Positions 17,511-25,512 of a stretch of 55,679 bases of DNA are shown one piece after another; the first letter of the stretch is position 1; each line of letters begins with the position of its first letter. The stretch covers positions 1-55,679 of the forward strand of contig JBDSYB010000172.1 in NCBI GenBank assembly GCA_039925885.1. Reading direction: 5' to 3'. The notes beneath the pieces were generated by a model. The model did not search any database. It was not told where the DNA came from and saw only the letters and a program-made list of their open reading frames with translations. This DNA is from Verrucomicrobiota bacterium. GTDB lineage: Bacteria; Verrucomicrobiota; Verrucomicrobiia; Limisphaerales; CANJXF01. A program made the translations under genes and the position numbers.

Positions 17511-18650
17511 ATGTTTGATCCCGAAGTCTGGAGAAAAGTTCCCTTTCATTTCTGGTCATTCGCCTTTTTTACCTTTGGCTGCACCGTGGGAAGTTTTCTC
17601 AACGTTTGCATTTATCGAATGCCCCGTAACGAAAGCGTCGTTAGTCCCCCATCACATTGTCCGCACTGCAATTATTCCATCCCGTGGTATTTAAATATTC
17701 CGCTGCTCACCTGGCTTTATTTGCGCGGCAAATGCGCAAATTGCGGCGCGCGGATTTCCGTCCGTTATTTTCTCGTGGAACTATTAACGGGCGTTGCGTT
17801 CCTTGGTTGCTGGTTGAGTTTTGGAGCGCAATCGGCCCCGTTTGCGCTGGCGATGTGTCTTGTGATGGCCGGTTTCATCACCGCGACATTTATTGATCTT
17901 GAGCATTTTATTATCCCTGACGAAATCACGCTGGGCGGAATTGTGGCGGGTTTTATCTGTTCTTTTTTTGTGCCGGAATTACATCACACAGCCATCGTTG
18001 CCACGTCTCTGTGGCAAAGTTTTTTGGGTATCGCCATCGGCGGTGGATTGATTTACGGAATTCTTCGCGGAGGCAAACTGCTCTTTGGCCGGGAAAAACT
18101 TGCGCTCGCTGCCGAGGCAAAGATTTATTTCACCGAAACCTTTCTGAAACTTCCGGAACGCGATGTTCCCTACGAAGAGATTTTTTACCGCAATTCCGAC
18201 GTGATTCTTTTTCAGGCCAAACGTCTTGAGATGATTGATCGCTGTTTCGTTGAGGCCAGCGTGCGCTTAACGCCATTGTCCTTGCAAATTGGCGACGAAA
18301 AATTCGCGACAGAAAAAACCCCTTACTTCGAGGCGACCACGAATGAGATAACTTTGCCTCGCGAGGCGATGGGTTTCGGCGATGTCAAATTCATGGCGGC
18401 AATCGGCGCATTCCTAGGTTGGCCCGCTGTATTTTTTTCGCTCATGGCCAGTTCGATTATCGGCTCCGTCGTCGGCGTGGTTTTGATTGTGGGCGGTCGG
18501 CGCGAGTGGTCGAGCCGCCTCCCCTACGGACCTTATATCGCGCTTGCGGCCACCATCTGGATTTTCAGCGGCACCGGCGTCCAGAATTGGTGGATTGGAC
18601 AACTCAAAGAATTTGTTTTTCTCGTGATAAAACTTTTCGGTGCAGCGTAA
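17511..18650 (+). CDS. pilD: Prepilin peptidase / N-methyltransferase (A24 family) with a long internal insertion
   Basis: 379 aa. The zinc-type motif is CPHCNYSIP...GKCANCGARIS. The first catalytic Asp context is TFIDLEHFIIPDE and the second is GFGDVKFMAAIGAFLG. Confidence 0.85.
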   Translation: MFDPEVWRKVPFHFWSFAFFTFGCTVGSFLNVCIYRMPRNESVVSPPSHCPHCNYSIPWYLNIPLLTWLYLRGKCANCGARISVRYFLVELLTGVAFLGCWLSFGAQSAPFALAMCLVMAGFITATFIDLEHFIIPDEITLGGIVAGFICSFFVPELHHTAIVATSLWQSFLGIAIGGGLIYGILRGGKLLFGREKLALAAEAKIYFTETFLKLPERDVPYEEIFYRNSDVILFQAKRLEMIDRCFVEASVRLTPLSLQIGDEKFATEKTPYFEATTNEITLPREAMGFGDVKFMAAIGAFLGWPAVFFSLMASSIIGSVVGVVLIVGGRREWSSRLPYGPYIALAATIWIFSGTGVQNWWIGQLKEFVFLVIKLFGAA

Positions 18651-18651
18651 A

Positions 18652-19443
18652 TTATTTCCCGGTGCGCCGAAAAACCTTATGAATCGCCGCTTGGTCAACA
18701 GGTTTGATCAACATGTTGTCGATATTCACGTGCGTCGGACGATTTGCCACCCAGACCAAAATTTCCGCGACATCTTTTGCCTGCAATGGTTGAGTGCCTT
18801 CATAAGGTTTTTGCGCGCGTTCTTTGTCGCCTTTAAAACGCACGAGGGAAAATTCTGTTTCCGCAAGTCCCGGATCAATCGAACTGACGCGCAATCCAGT
18901 TCCATTTAATTCCAACCGCAGCGTTTTTGTGATTTGCAATTGCGCCGCCTTCGCCGCGCAATAAACGGCGCCGCCCTCGTAAACCGTGTGCGCCGCAAAC
19001 GAACCGATGTTGATGATCGAGCCGCCGGGATTATTCATCATCAAAGGCAGCGCCGCGCGCGTCATTCGCAAAACGCCGAGGACATTCGTCTGCAACATTG
19101 TTTCCCAATCCTCATCTTTTCCCTCGGCCACCGTGTCAATCCCGAGTGCGCCACCCGCATTATTGATCAACACGTCGAGCGAATTGGTTTTTCCAATTTT
19201 TTCCCGCGCCCAATTAACGAAGGCGTTCACACTCGAAGTTTTAGAAACATCGAGCGCGTGAAAATGTGCTTCGGGCGAACCGGCTTTCTTTGCTTCACCC
19301 GCAACTTTTTCCAAACGATCAACTCGTCTCGCGCCCAGCAAAAGCTTCGCGCCTTCTGCGCCAAACGCACGCGCTGCCGCCGCGCCAAATCCACTGGAAG
19401 CGCCCGTAATCAAAACCCATTTCTCCTTTAAATCGTATCGCAT
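18652..19443 (-). CDS. Short-chain dehydrogenase/reductase (SDR)
   Basis: The track ORF (to 19566) extends through a long palindrome. The ATG at 19443 gives MRYDLKEKWVLITGASSGFGAAAA (TGxxxGxG), and YCAAKAA (YxxxK) is present. Confidence 0.85.
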   Translation of the reverse strand: MRYDLKEKWVLITGASSGFGAAAARAFGAEGAKLLLGARRVDRLEKVAGEAKKAGSPEAHFHALDVSKTSSVNAFVNWAREKIGKTNSLDVLINNAGGALGIDTVAEGKDEDWETMLQTNVLGVLRMTRAALPLMMNNPGGSIINIGSFAAHTVYEGGAVYCAAKAAQLQITKTLRLELNGTGLRVSSIDPGLAETEFSLVRFKGDKERAQKPYEGTQPLQAKDVAEILVWVANRPTHVNIDNMLIKPVDQAAIHKVFRRTGK

Positions 19444-19489
19444 GAGAAAAAACGTAACGTGCAACCCGTAACCTGTCGGCAAAAAATTC

Positions 19490-19564
19490 GTGGGTAGCAC
19501 CTGCCTCTGGCGGGTGCGTGAACATTTTTCATCAACGCACCCGCCAGAGGCAGGTGCTACCCAC
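19490..19564. repeat. Perfect 29-bp inverted repeat (REPIN-like doublet) in a divergent promoter region
   Basis: The arm gtgggtagcacctgcctctggcgggtgcg (19490-19518) pairs perfectly with 19536-19564, leaving a 17-nt loop. Each arm itself contains an imperfect cacctgcc-tct-ggcgggtg hairpin. Confidence 0.8.
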
Positions 19565-19659
19565 AAACCGATTTAGCAGCACTTTGATTTTACAAATCCA
19601 TGACAATTCTTCTCCTCGGTCTCAACTAGTCTCGTTATCAATTGCTGAAGCCAGCGCCG

Positions 19660-21999
19660 ATGAAAAAAATTCGTTCCAACTCAAAACCAACTTTCTTTTG
19701 GCAAGGTCTCCTCATCATTTTACCCGTCGCCGTGCTGGCGGTTGTCAGTTTCGCATCCTTGCGGCAGGACGAACAGGCGGCGGAAAAGGATGCTCGCAAT
19801 CGCGCGGTGGCGAATGTTCAAAGCCTCGCGCGTGTCATCGCTGGAAAAGTTGACGACGAAATTAAACAGTTTCTCGTTCGGCAAAACGTTTGGTCCATAG
19901 ATTTGCACAACGCGTCGGAGCCCTCGACAGTTTGGAACAATCGCGCCGCTGGAATCGTGCTTCCGTTTAATAACAAAACGGGCGTTAAAAATTGGGAAGA
20001 GAAACATCCCGGCCTCAAGCTTGCAGATGCGGCGTTTCCGGGGGGCGCAATCTTAACAAACGGCACGAGATTGGAACCGCCAGATTTTCCCATCGCACCC
20101 GTGCCACCGAAATGGTTTCGAGAACTTTCCCCGGAGCAATTGAACCTCTGGCAAGCTGCGCGTCAGTCCGAGTTGGCCACAAATAATTCCCACGCCATCG
20201 AAAAAGCCTACGAACTTTTTCTCGAAACCAATCCGTCTCCCGACGCAAAACTCGCAGCCGAATACGCCATCTGGCAGGCGCAACATTCTCCGCGAACACT
20301 TGCTCCGACGATTCAAGCCCCCACTCCGTCGAGCGAATCGGAATCCGGAATTTCCTTCCGCGCCATAGTCTGTTATCGCGCGCTTCAAATGGCTACGAAC
20401 GAACCTTTGTCGCGTCCTTTGCTCGATTTGCTCTGGCGGCAGGTAATTGAAAAACCTTCTTTTGTCGCGCCGACGTTGCTCGATTTGGCTGAGGGCTGTA
20501 CCAATCGCGCCGATGCCGTTGCCCGCGACCAGGTTCGTTGGATGCGCGAACTTTGGGAAAAAGAATCGGTGGTGCGCGACTGGATGACATCGCTGAACCA
20601 AAATTCTTTTCCGGTAAAAAATCAATGGGTGGCATGGGTGAACAGCGAGTCGGGTCAGGCGCTGGCTTTGCTGATGCAAACCAGGTTTTTAAATCACGAG
20701 CGTGGCAGGGGAGACGGATTTACGGTGCAATTTCTTTCCCCTCTATTTCTGGAATACACTTTCGCCACGGCATTGGCTGAAAATAAATTTCTGGTTCCTG
20801 ACTATGCCATTGCCACGGTAGAACTCGGAGGCGAACCGCTCCCCTCCTCGCGAAAAATTTCCGGAAAAGAAAATTCTTTTATGGGGGAGGCCATGCAAAA
20901 GCTCGAATCCGCTTTGGGCGCGAGTTTTACCGTTCGTTTTTACCTGACCAGCCGCGAAAAATTACTCGCCTCAGAACGCCGTCGCAGCCGTCTTTTTAGT
21001 TGGCTCATTCTCGGAACCGTGCTGACTGCCAGCATTGGCCTCGTCATGGCGCGACGCGCTTTTAACCAGCAACTCCATCTCGGCGAAATGAAAAGTAATT
21101 TTGTTTCCAGTGTTTCGCACGAGTTGCGCGCGCCGATTGCGTCCGTGCGTTTGCTCGCGGAAAGTTTGGAGCGCGGTAAAATTACCGAACCGCGAAAGCA
21201 AAAAGAATATTTCAAATTCATTGTGCAGGAATGTCGGCGACTTTCGTCTCTCATCGAAAATGTTTTGGACTTTTCCCGCATCGAACAAGGCCGCAAGCAA
21301 TACGAGTTCGAGCCAACGGACATTGTGAAACTGGTTCAGGAAACGGCGAAGTTGATGGAACCTTACGCTGCGGAAAGAAATGTGAATCTCGCTTTGCAAT
21401 TGGAAGACGCTGGTAGGGCGCGTCACTCCGTGCGCGCCGAGGACATCGATAAATTAACCGACGGCGCGCGCGGAGCGACGCGCCCCACCACTCTCGGAAC
21501 AACCACAGTTTTTCAACCCACGCTCGACGGTCGCGCCATCCAACAAGCGCTCGTGAATTTGATTGATAACGCCATCAAACATTCGCCGAACAACGCGACG
21601 GTGACGATTGGCTTGAATGTGCTGCCGACATCCTGTCGGCAGACCGTGGCGAGCGAGACGAGTGACAATGTTTTGTTAGCCAGCAACAAGAGGTCGGAAC
21701 TACCAGCAGGATGCTGGCAGCACGTTCGAATCTACGTGGAAGATTCCGGCCCTGGAATTCCGGCGCACGAACATGAGAAAATTTTCGAGCGATTCTATCG
21801 GCTCGGTTCCGAGTTGCGGCGCGAAACGCAAGGGATCGGGATTGGTTTGAGCATCGTCCAACACATCGCCGAAGCGCATGGCGGAAAAGTGGTCGTGCAA
21901 AGCGAAGTTGGAAACGGCAGCCGATTTACACTGGAGTTGCCGACCAACGAACAACGCAAAGACGCGAAGTTGCCAAGACGCAAAGATGAAAATATTTAA
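19660..21999 (+). CDS. Sensor histidine kinase (large N-terminal extracytoplasmic domain, DHp + HATPase_c)
   Basis: The track starts at a TTG at 19642. The ATG at 19660 gives MKKIRSNSKPTFFWQGLLIILPVAVLAVV. The boxes are H-box SHELRAPIASV, N-box LVNLIDNAIKHSP, G1 VEDSGPGIP and G2 GIGIGLSIV. Confidence 0.85.
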   Translation: MKKIRSNSKPTFFWQGLLIILPVAVLAVVSFASLRQDEQAAEKDARNRAVANVQSLARVIAGKVDDEIKQFLVRQNVWSIDLHNASEPSTVWNNRAAGIVLPFNNKTGVKNWEEKHPGLKLADAAFPGGAILTNGTRLEPPDFPIAPVPPKWFRELSPEQLNLWQAARQSELATNNSHAIEKAYELFLETNPSPDAKLAAEYAIWQAQHSPRTLAPTIQAPTPSSESESGISFRAIVCYRALQMATNEPLSRPLLDLLWRQVIEKPSFVAPTLLDLAEGCTNRADAVARDQVRWMRELWEKESVVRDWMTSLNQNSFPVKNQWVAWVNSESGQALALLMQTRFLNHERGRGDGFTVQFLSPLFLEYTFATALAENKFLVPDYAIATVELGGEPLPSSRKISGKENSFMGEAMQKLESALGASFTVRFYLTSREKLLASERRRSRLFSWLILGTVLTASIGLVMARRAFNQQLHLGEMKSNFVSSVSHELRAPIASVRLLAESLERGKITEPRKQKEYFKFIVQECRRLSSLIENVLDFSRIEQGRKQYEFEPTDIVKLVQETAKLMEPYAAERNVNLALQLEDAGRARHSVRAEDIDKLTDGARGATRPTTLGTTTVFQPTLDGRAIQQALVNLIDNAIKHSPNNATVTIGLNVLPTSCRQTVASETSDNVLLASNKRSELPAGCWQHVRIYVEDSGPGIPAHEHEKIFERFYRLGSELRRETQGIGIGLSIVQHIAEAHGGKVVVQSEVGNGSRFTLELPTNEQRKDAKLPRRKDENI
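21416..21486. repeat. Imperfect inverted repeat embedded in frame in the kinase gene, upstream of the N-box
   Basis: The arm gggcgcgtcactccgtgcgcgcc (21416-21438) faces ggcgcgcgcggagcgacgcgcccc (21463-21486). The region translates as GRARHSVRAEDIDKLTDGARGATRP. Confidence 0.6.
21622..21720. repeat. Pair of 21-nt REP-like hairpins embedded in frame between the N-box and G1-box of the kinase
   Basis: The hairpins are ctgccgaca-tcc-tgtcggcag (21622-21642) and ctaccagca-gga-tgctggcag (21700-21720). The 99 nt (33 codons) they span read LPTSCRQ...ELPAGCWQ. Confidence 0.65.
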
Positions 22000-22049
22000 A
22001 CCAATTCCTCTGCGCCTCCGAACCTTTGCGTCTTTGCGTTAAAAAATTT

Positions 22050-22763
22050 ATGTCCCGCATTTTAATCATCGAAGACGAATTGCCGATGCGCACTGGACTG
22101 GAGGATTGTTTGTCCGGCGAAGGTTATCGCGTCATGTCCGCCGCTGATGGTGAATCCGGTTTGCAACGCGCGCTCGAAGAAAAACCCAACCTCATTCTCC
22201 TCGACGTGATGATGCCGCGTCTCGATGGCTACGCCGTCGCCGCCGAATTGCGCCGACTCGGAAACGCCGTGCCGATTCTCATGCTCACCGCCAAAGGACA
22301 AATCGAAGATCGGGTGGCTGGACTTGATTCTGGTGCGGATGATTATCTCGTCAAACCGTTCAGCACCGATGAATTGCTGGCGCGCGTCCGGGCGATTCTT
22401 CGCCGCACACAAAAGCAAAACAAACTTCCCTCCACGCTAGTTCTCGGTGATGTGAAAATTAATTTCGTTCAGCAGCAAGCGAGGCGAAAAAAGAAACCGC
22501 TCCATCTCACGGCGAAAGAATTTGCAATGTTGCGTTTGATGTTTGAAGCGGAGGGCGAACCAGTTTCGCGCGAACGTTTTCTGGATGTCGTCTGGGGTTA
22601 CACCGCATTTCCGACGACGCGCACAGTGGACAATCACATCGCCAGCTTGCGCGGGAAAATTGAATCGAATCCCGATGAACCGCGCTGGATTCAAACGGTG
22701 CATGGCGTGGGTTATCGGCTGGAGGTGAATGGCCGCGAAAGAACGCAAAGATCACAAAGATGA
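22050..22763 (+). CDS. OmpR/PhoB-family response regulator
   Basis: The ATG at 22050 gives MSRILIIEDE. The phospho-acceptor context is ILLDVMMPRLDG. The winged-helix C-terminus reads TAKEFAMLRLM...VHGVGYRL. Confidence 0.9.
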   Translation: MSRILIIEDELPMRTGLEDCLSGEGYRVMSAADGESGLQRALEEKPNLILLDVMMPRLDGYAVAAELRRLGNAVPILMLTAKGQIEDRVAGLDSGADDYLVKPFSTDELLARVRAILRRTQKQNKLPSTLVLGDVKINFVQQQARRKKKPLHLTAKEFAMLRLMFEAEGEPVSRERFLDVVWGYTAFPTTRTVDNHIASLRGKIESNPDEPRWIQTVHGVGYRLEVNGRERTQRSQR

Positions 22764-22778
22764 AAATGTTTTACACCC

Positions 22779-22946
22779 GTAGCGTCAGGCGTCTCGCCTG
22801 ACGTTGAGCCGTGGCTTCCAGCCCGGCGGAAAAAGCTCACGCTGGCACGAGCGGTGGCGAATTCGTGCGGTTCAAATTCATTGCAAAGTTTTTTCCGGGC
22901 GGCGAGACGCGCGCCCTCTACGTCAGGCGGGGACGCCCGACGCTAC
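22779..22946. repeat. 168-nt structured intergenic repeat, copy A (upstream of the ankyrin gene)
   Basis: It starts with gtagcgtcaggcg-tct-cgcctgacgt and ends with acgtcaggcg-ggga-cgcccgacgctac. It shares the blocks gagccgtggcttccRgcccggcggaaaa and caaagttttttccgggcggcgagacgc with copy B. Confidence 0.75.
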
Positions 22947-23040
22947 AGCCGAAATTCCTTTGCGCTCTTTGCGTTCTTTTGCGGCAATCAATTTTACAAA
23001 ACCGTGACATTGTTTCAGACAGAATCTGCAAAGTTAAATT

Positions 23041-25296
23041 ATGAAAACGAAATCGCTCTCACTTCTAACCTCAATTCTTTTCGCCACCGCGACGCTCACG
23101 CTGGCTGCGACGAATGACTTAAGCAGCGCGTTGCAAAAGGGATTGTTCGAGGAAGAGGCCAATCACAATCTCGAAGCGGCGATTGCGGCCTATCAATCCG
23201 TCGCGACGCAATTCGACAAAGACCGCAAGCTCGCTGCCACCGCGATTTTCCGTCTCGGCGAAGTTTATCGCAAACAGGGAAAAACTAATGAAGCAAGCGC
23301 GCAATACGAACGAGTTGTTCGCGAGTTTTCGGATCAGCAAACGCTTGCTGAGTTAGCCCAAGCTTATTTACGAAAGAACGGCGGGGCGACTATTGATAAG
23401 CAACGGACTTCTATTGAGAATCCTTCCACTGACGAAGAGGAAAAAGAAATCCGTCGCATCAAAGCGATGATTAAAGACAGCCCTGATTTGATTAACGCCC
23501 TTCGCACGGAGCCGAGCAGCTCCACTCAAAATGCTCCTTTGCACTTGGCATCCAAGGGGGGGCAATTGGTTGTTGCGGAATTTCTTCTGGCGAGCGGCGC
23601 TGATGTGAACCGTCGCAATGGCGTGAATCAAACGCCGCTGTCTCTCGCTGCCGCAAATGGACATCGGGCGATGGTGGCATTGTTGATTGCAAAAGGCGCG
23701 AACGTGGACGCGAAATCTGCTTCAGGCTTCGCGTCAGGCTCGGGTCAAACCGCGCTGCACGCGGCCTCGTCGCTGGGATTCAGAGCGGTTGCGCAGGTGC
23801 TTTTGGAATCCAAAGCGGACGTGAATGCCAAGGATGAAAACGGACGGACGCCGCTGCATTTGGCGGCATCGCGCGGAAACAAAGCAATCGGGGAATTGCT
23901 TCTCGCCGGTGGGGCGAACGTTGACGCGAAGGACCAAAGCGGCCAAACGCCGTTGATGCTCGGCAGCAATCTGGAAATGGCAAAATTCCTTATTACAAAC
24001 AAGGCCAGTGTGAATGCGCGGGCGGATGAGCGCAATTTCTCCAGTTGGACTGCGTTGCATTTCGCAATCAGCGCTGCGAACAGTTCGATGGTGGAATTGT
24101 TGCTGAAGAACGGGGCGGACATGGAAATGAAAGTCAGCGACAATCCGCCTTCTTCCAGTGTCATCCCAGGCTCCACGCCGTTGCAGATGGCCACAATTCG
24201 GGGTCAGGTGGAGATAGCCAAAGTGCTTTTGGAGCACAAAGCAAATCCGAACTCAGCCACAGACTCCGGCGGAACACCGTTGCATTATGCGGCGAACAAA
24301 GGGAATCGTGAAATAGCCGAATTGCTGCTCGCGCACGGCGCGGCAGTGGACAGCAAAGACAAAGAGGGTTCCACTCCGCTTTATTGGGCGATTCACAATT
24401 GGCGGAAGAACTTGGTTGAATTTCTTCTTGATCACAAAGCTGATCCCAATCTTCAGAACAAACAGGGACAGACCTTGTTGGGAATTCTAAAAACATGGGG
24501 GGCCACATCTACGACCATCAATGGACAAGTGGTCACCGTCCAAGAGTTGAAGGATTTGCTTGAGAAATTTGGCGCGAATGAAAAGGTGGAGCGGCTTATC
24601 CAAATCGCCGTCACGCGCGATGGCGCGCCGCGTTACCCGATTTTTTACAAAGGGACGAATTCGTGGAATCGCTTTTCTTTGCTGGAAGCGTTTGGCGCGG
24701 CGTATCTATCAAATTCCCGTGTGAACGGGTTTCCGCAGTTTCCAGCATCGGCTTTTCGGTTCCCATCTCTTACGAAAGTAAAAATTCATCGGCTCGAAGC
24801 CAATGGCGAACGCGTAATCGCCGTTGATCTTGAAGCAATTTTGAAATCGGGAGATTGCCCGAAGGATATGTGGCTGGAATGGGGCGATGTTATTGAGATT
24901 CCAGAAGCAGATCATAAAGTTAATGAGTCATGGAAAGGTTTTCCGAAGGAGATTTTGGAAATATTCCCGAAATGTTTGGCGCGGCAAGTTTCGATCTCTG
25001 TGAAAGGTGAAACAAAATCAATCACGCTTGCGCCACTATTGCAACAAGCCGCGTATAAACCGAACGATGAGACGGAGAAATATGCCGCAACAGATTTTTA
25101 TCCTTGGCTAAACGATGTGGTTTCCAAGAGCGGCCTCTTGCGGACTTCTTCCGATAAAACGCGAGTGAAAGTTACGCGGATCAATCCGGTTACAAAAAAA
25201 TCTGAGGAACAGATTTTCAATCTGGAAAAACCCGATTCGCAAAACAATCTCTGGTTGCGCGATGGCGATGTTGTTGAAATTCCCGAAAAACCGTAG
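23041..25296 (+). CDS. Secreted TPR + ankyrin-repeat protein with a C-terminal beta-grasp-like (GDV[IV]EIPE) region
   Basis: 751 aa. The signal peptide is MKTKSLSLLTSILFATATLTLAA. A YbgF-like TPR segment reads FRLGEVYRKQGKTNEASAQYERVV. About nine ankyrin repeats are visible (TPLHLAA, TALHAAS, TPLSLAAANGH, TPLHYAANKGN and others). Two GDV(I/V)EIPE motifs lie near the C-terminus. Confidence 0.85.
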   Translation: MKTKSLSLLTSILFATATLTLAATNDLSSALQKGLFEEEANHNLEAAIAAYQSVATQFDKDRKLAATAIFRLGEVYRKQGKTNEASAQYERVVREFSDQQTLAELAQAYLRKNGGATIDKQRTSIENPSTDEEEKEIRRIKAMIKDSPDLINALRTEPSSSTQNAPLHLASKGGQLVVAEFLLASGADVNRRNGVNQTPLSLAAANGHRAMVALLIAKGANVDAKSASGFASGSGQTALHAASSLGFRAVAQVLLESKADVNAKDENGRTPLHLAASRGNKAIGELLLAGGANVDAKDQSGQTPLMLGSNLEMAKFLITNKASVNARADERNFSSWTALHFAISAANSSMVELLLKNGADMEMKVSDNPPSSSVIPGSTPLQMATIRGQVEIAKVLLEHKANPNSATDSGGTPLHYAANKGNREIAELLLAHGAAVDSKDKEGSTPLYWAIHNWRKNLVEFLLDHKADPNLQNKQGQTLLGILKTWGATSTTINGQVVTVQELKDLLEKFGANEKVERLIQIAVTRDGAPRYPIFYKGTNSWNRFSLLEAFGAAYLSNSRVNGFPQFPASAFRFPSLTKVKIHRLEANGERVIAVDLEAILKSGDCPKDMWLEWGDVIEIPEADHKVNESWKGFPKEILEIFPKCLARQVSISVKGETKSITLAPLLQQAAYKPNDETEKYAATDFYPWLNDVVSKSGLLRTSSDKTRVKVTRINPVTKKSEEQIFNLEKPDSQNNLWLRDGDVVEIPEKP

Positions 25297-25301
25297 CTGT
25301 T

Positions 25302-25469
25302 GTAGCGGCGGGCATCCTGCCTGCCGTAGAGCCGTGGCTTCCGGCCCGGCGGAAAAGATTTCACGCAAACACGTGCGGGTGGGAATATCGTGCGCTTCAA
25401 ACCACTCCAAAGTTTTTTCCGGGCGGCGAGACGCCAGCCCTAAACGTCAGGCGAGACGCCTGACGCTAC
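25302..25469. repeat. 168-nt structured intergenic repeat, copy B (downstream of the ankyrin gene, same orientation)
   Basis: It has the same length and architecture as copy A. Its 5' hairpin is gcggcgggca-tcc-tgcctgccgt and its 3' hairpin is cgtcaggcg-aga-cgcctgacg. Confidence 0.75.
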
Positions 25470-25477
25470 ATGAAAGA

Positions 25478-25507
25478 TTGACAATGTGGCCACGTGAGGC
25501 CACATTG
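25478..25507 (+). promoter_or_regulatory. Candidate phd-vapC promoter with overlapping palindromic operator
   Basis: A TTGACA lies at 25478-25483. It overlaps a perfect 10-bp inverted repeat, caatgtggcc (25482-25491) / ggccacattg (25498-25507). A weak -10 cacatt sits 17 nt downstream. The phd GTG is at 25513. Confidence 0.45.
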
Positions 25508-25512
25508 GGCGC

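Noticed and set aside
19444-19566. An N-terminal extension of 41 aa on the SDR ORF (track start 19566).
   Set aside because: The extension is simply the translation of the 29-bp inverted repeat. The SDR Rossmann motif begins right after the internal ATG at 19443.
22804-23044. Small ORFs across the 168-nt repeats (22804-23007, 22811-23044, 22854-23117, 25262-25516, 25098-25410). Their peptides share a stretch such as KVFSGRRDA.
   Set aside because: The two repeat copies are read in different frames upstream of the shared stretch, so no protein is conserved. The conservation is at the nucleotide and hairpin level.
19490-25469. The possibility that the recurring hairpins form a CRISPR array.
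   Set aside because: The repeats are not regularly spaced, they differ in sequence, some lie inside genes, and no cas genes are present.
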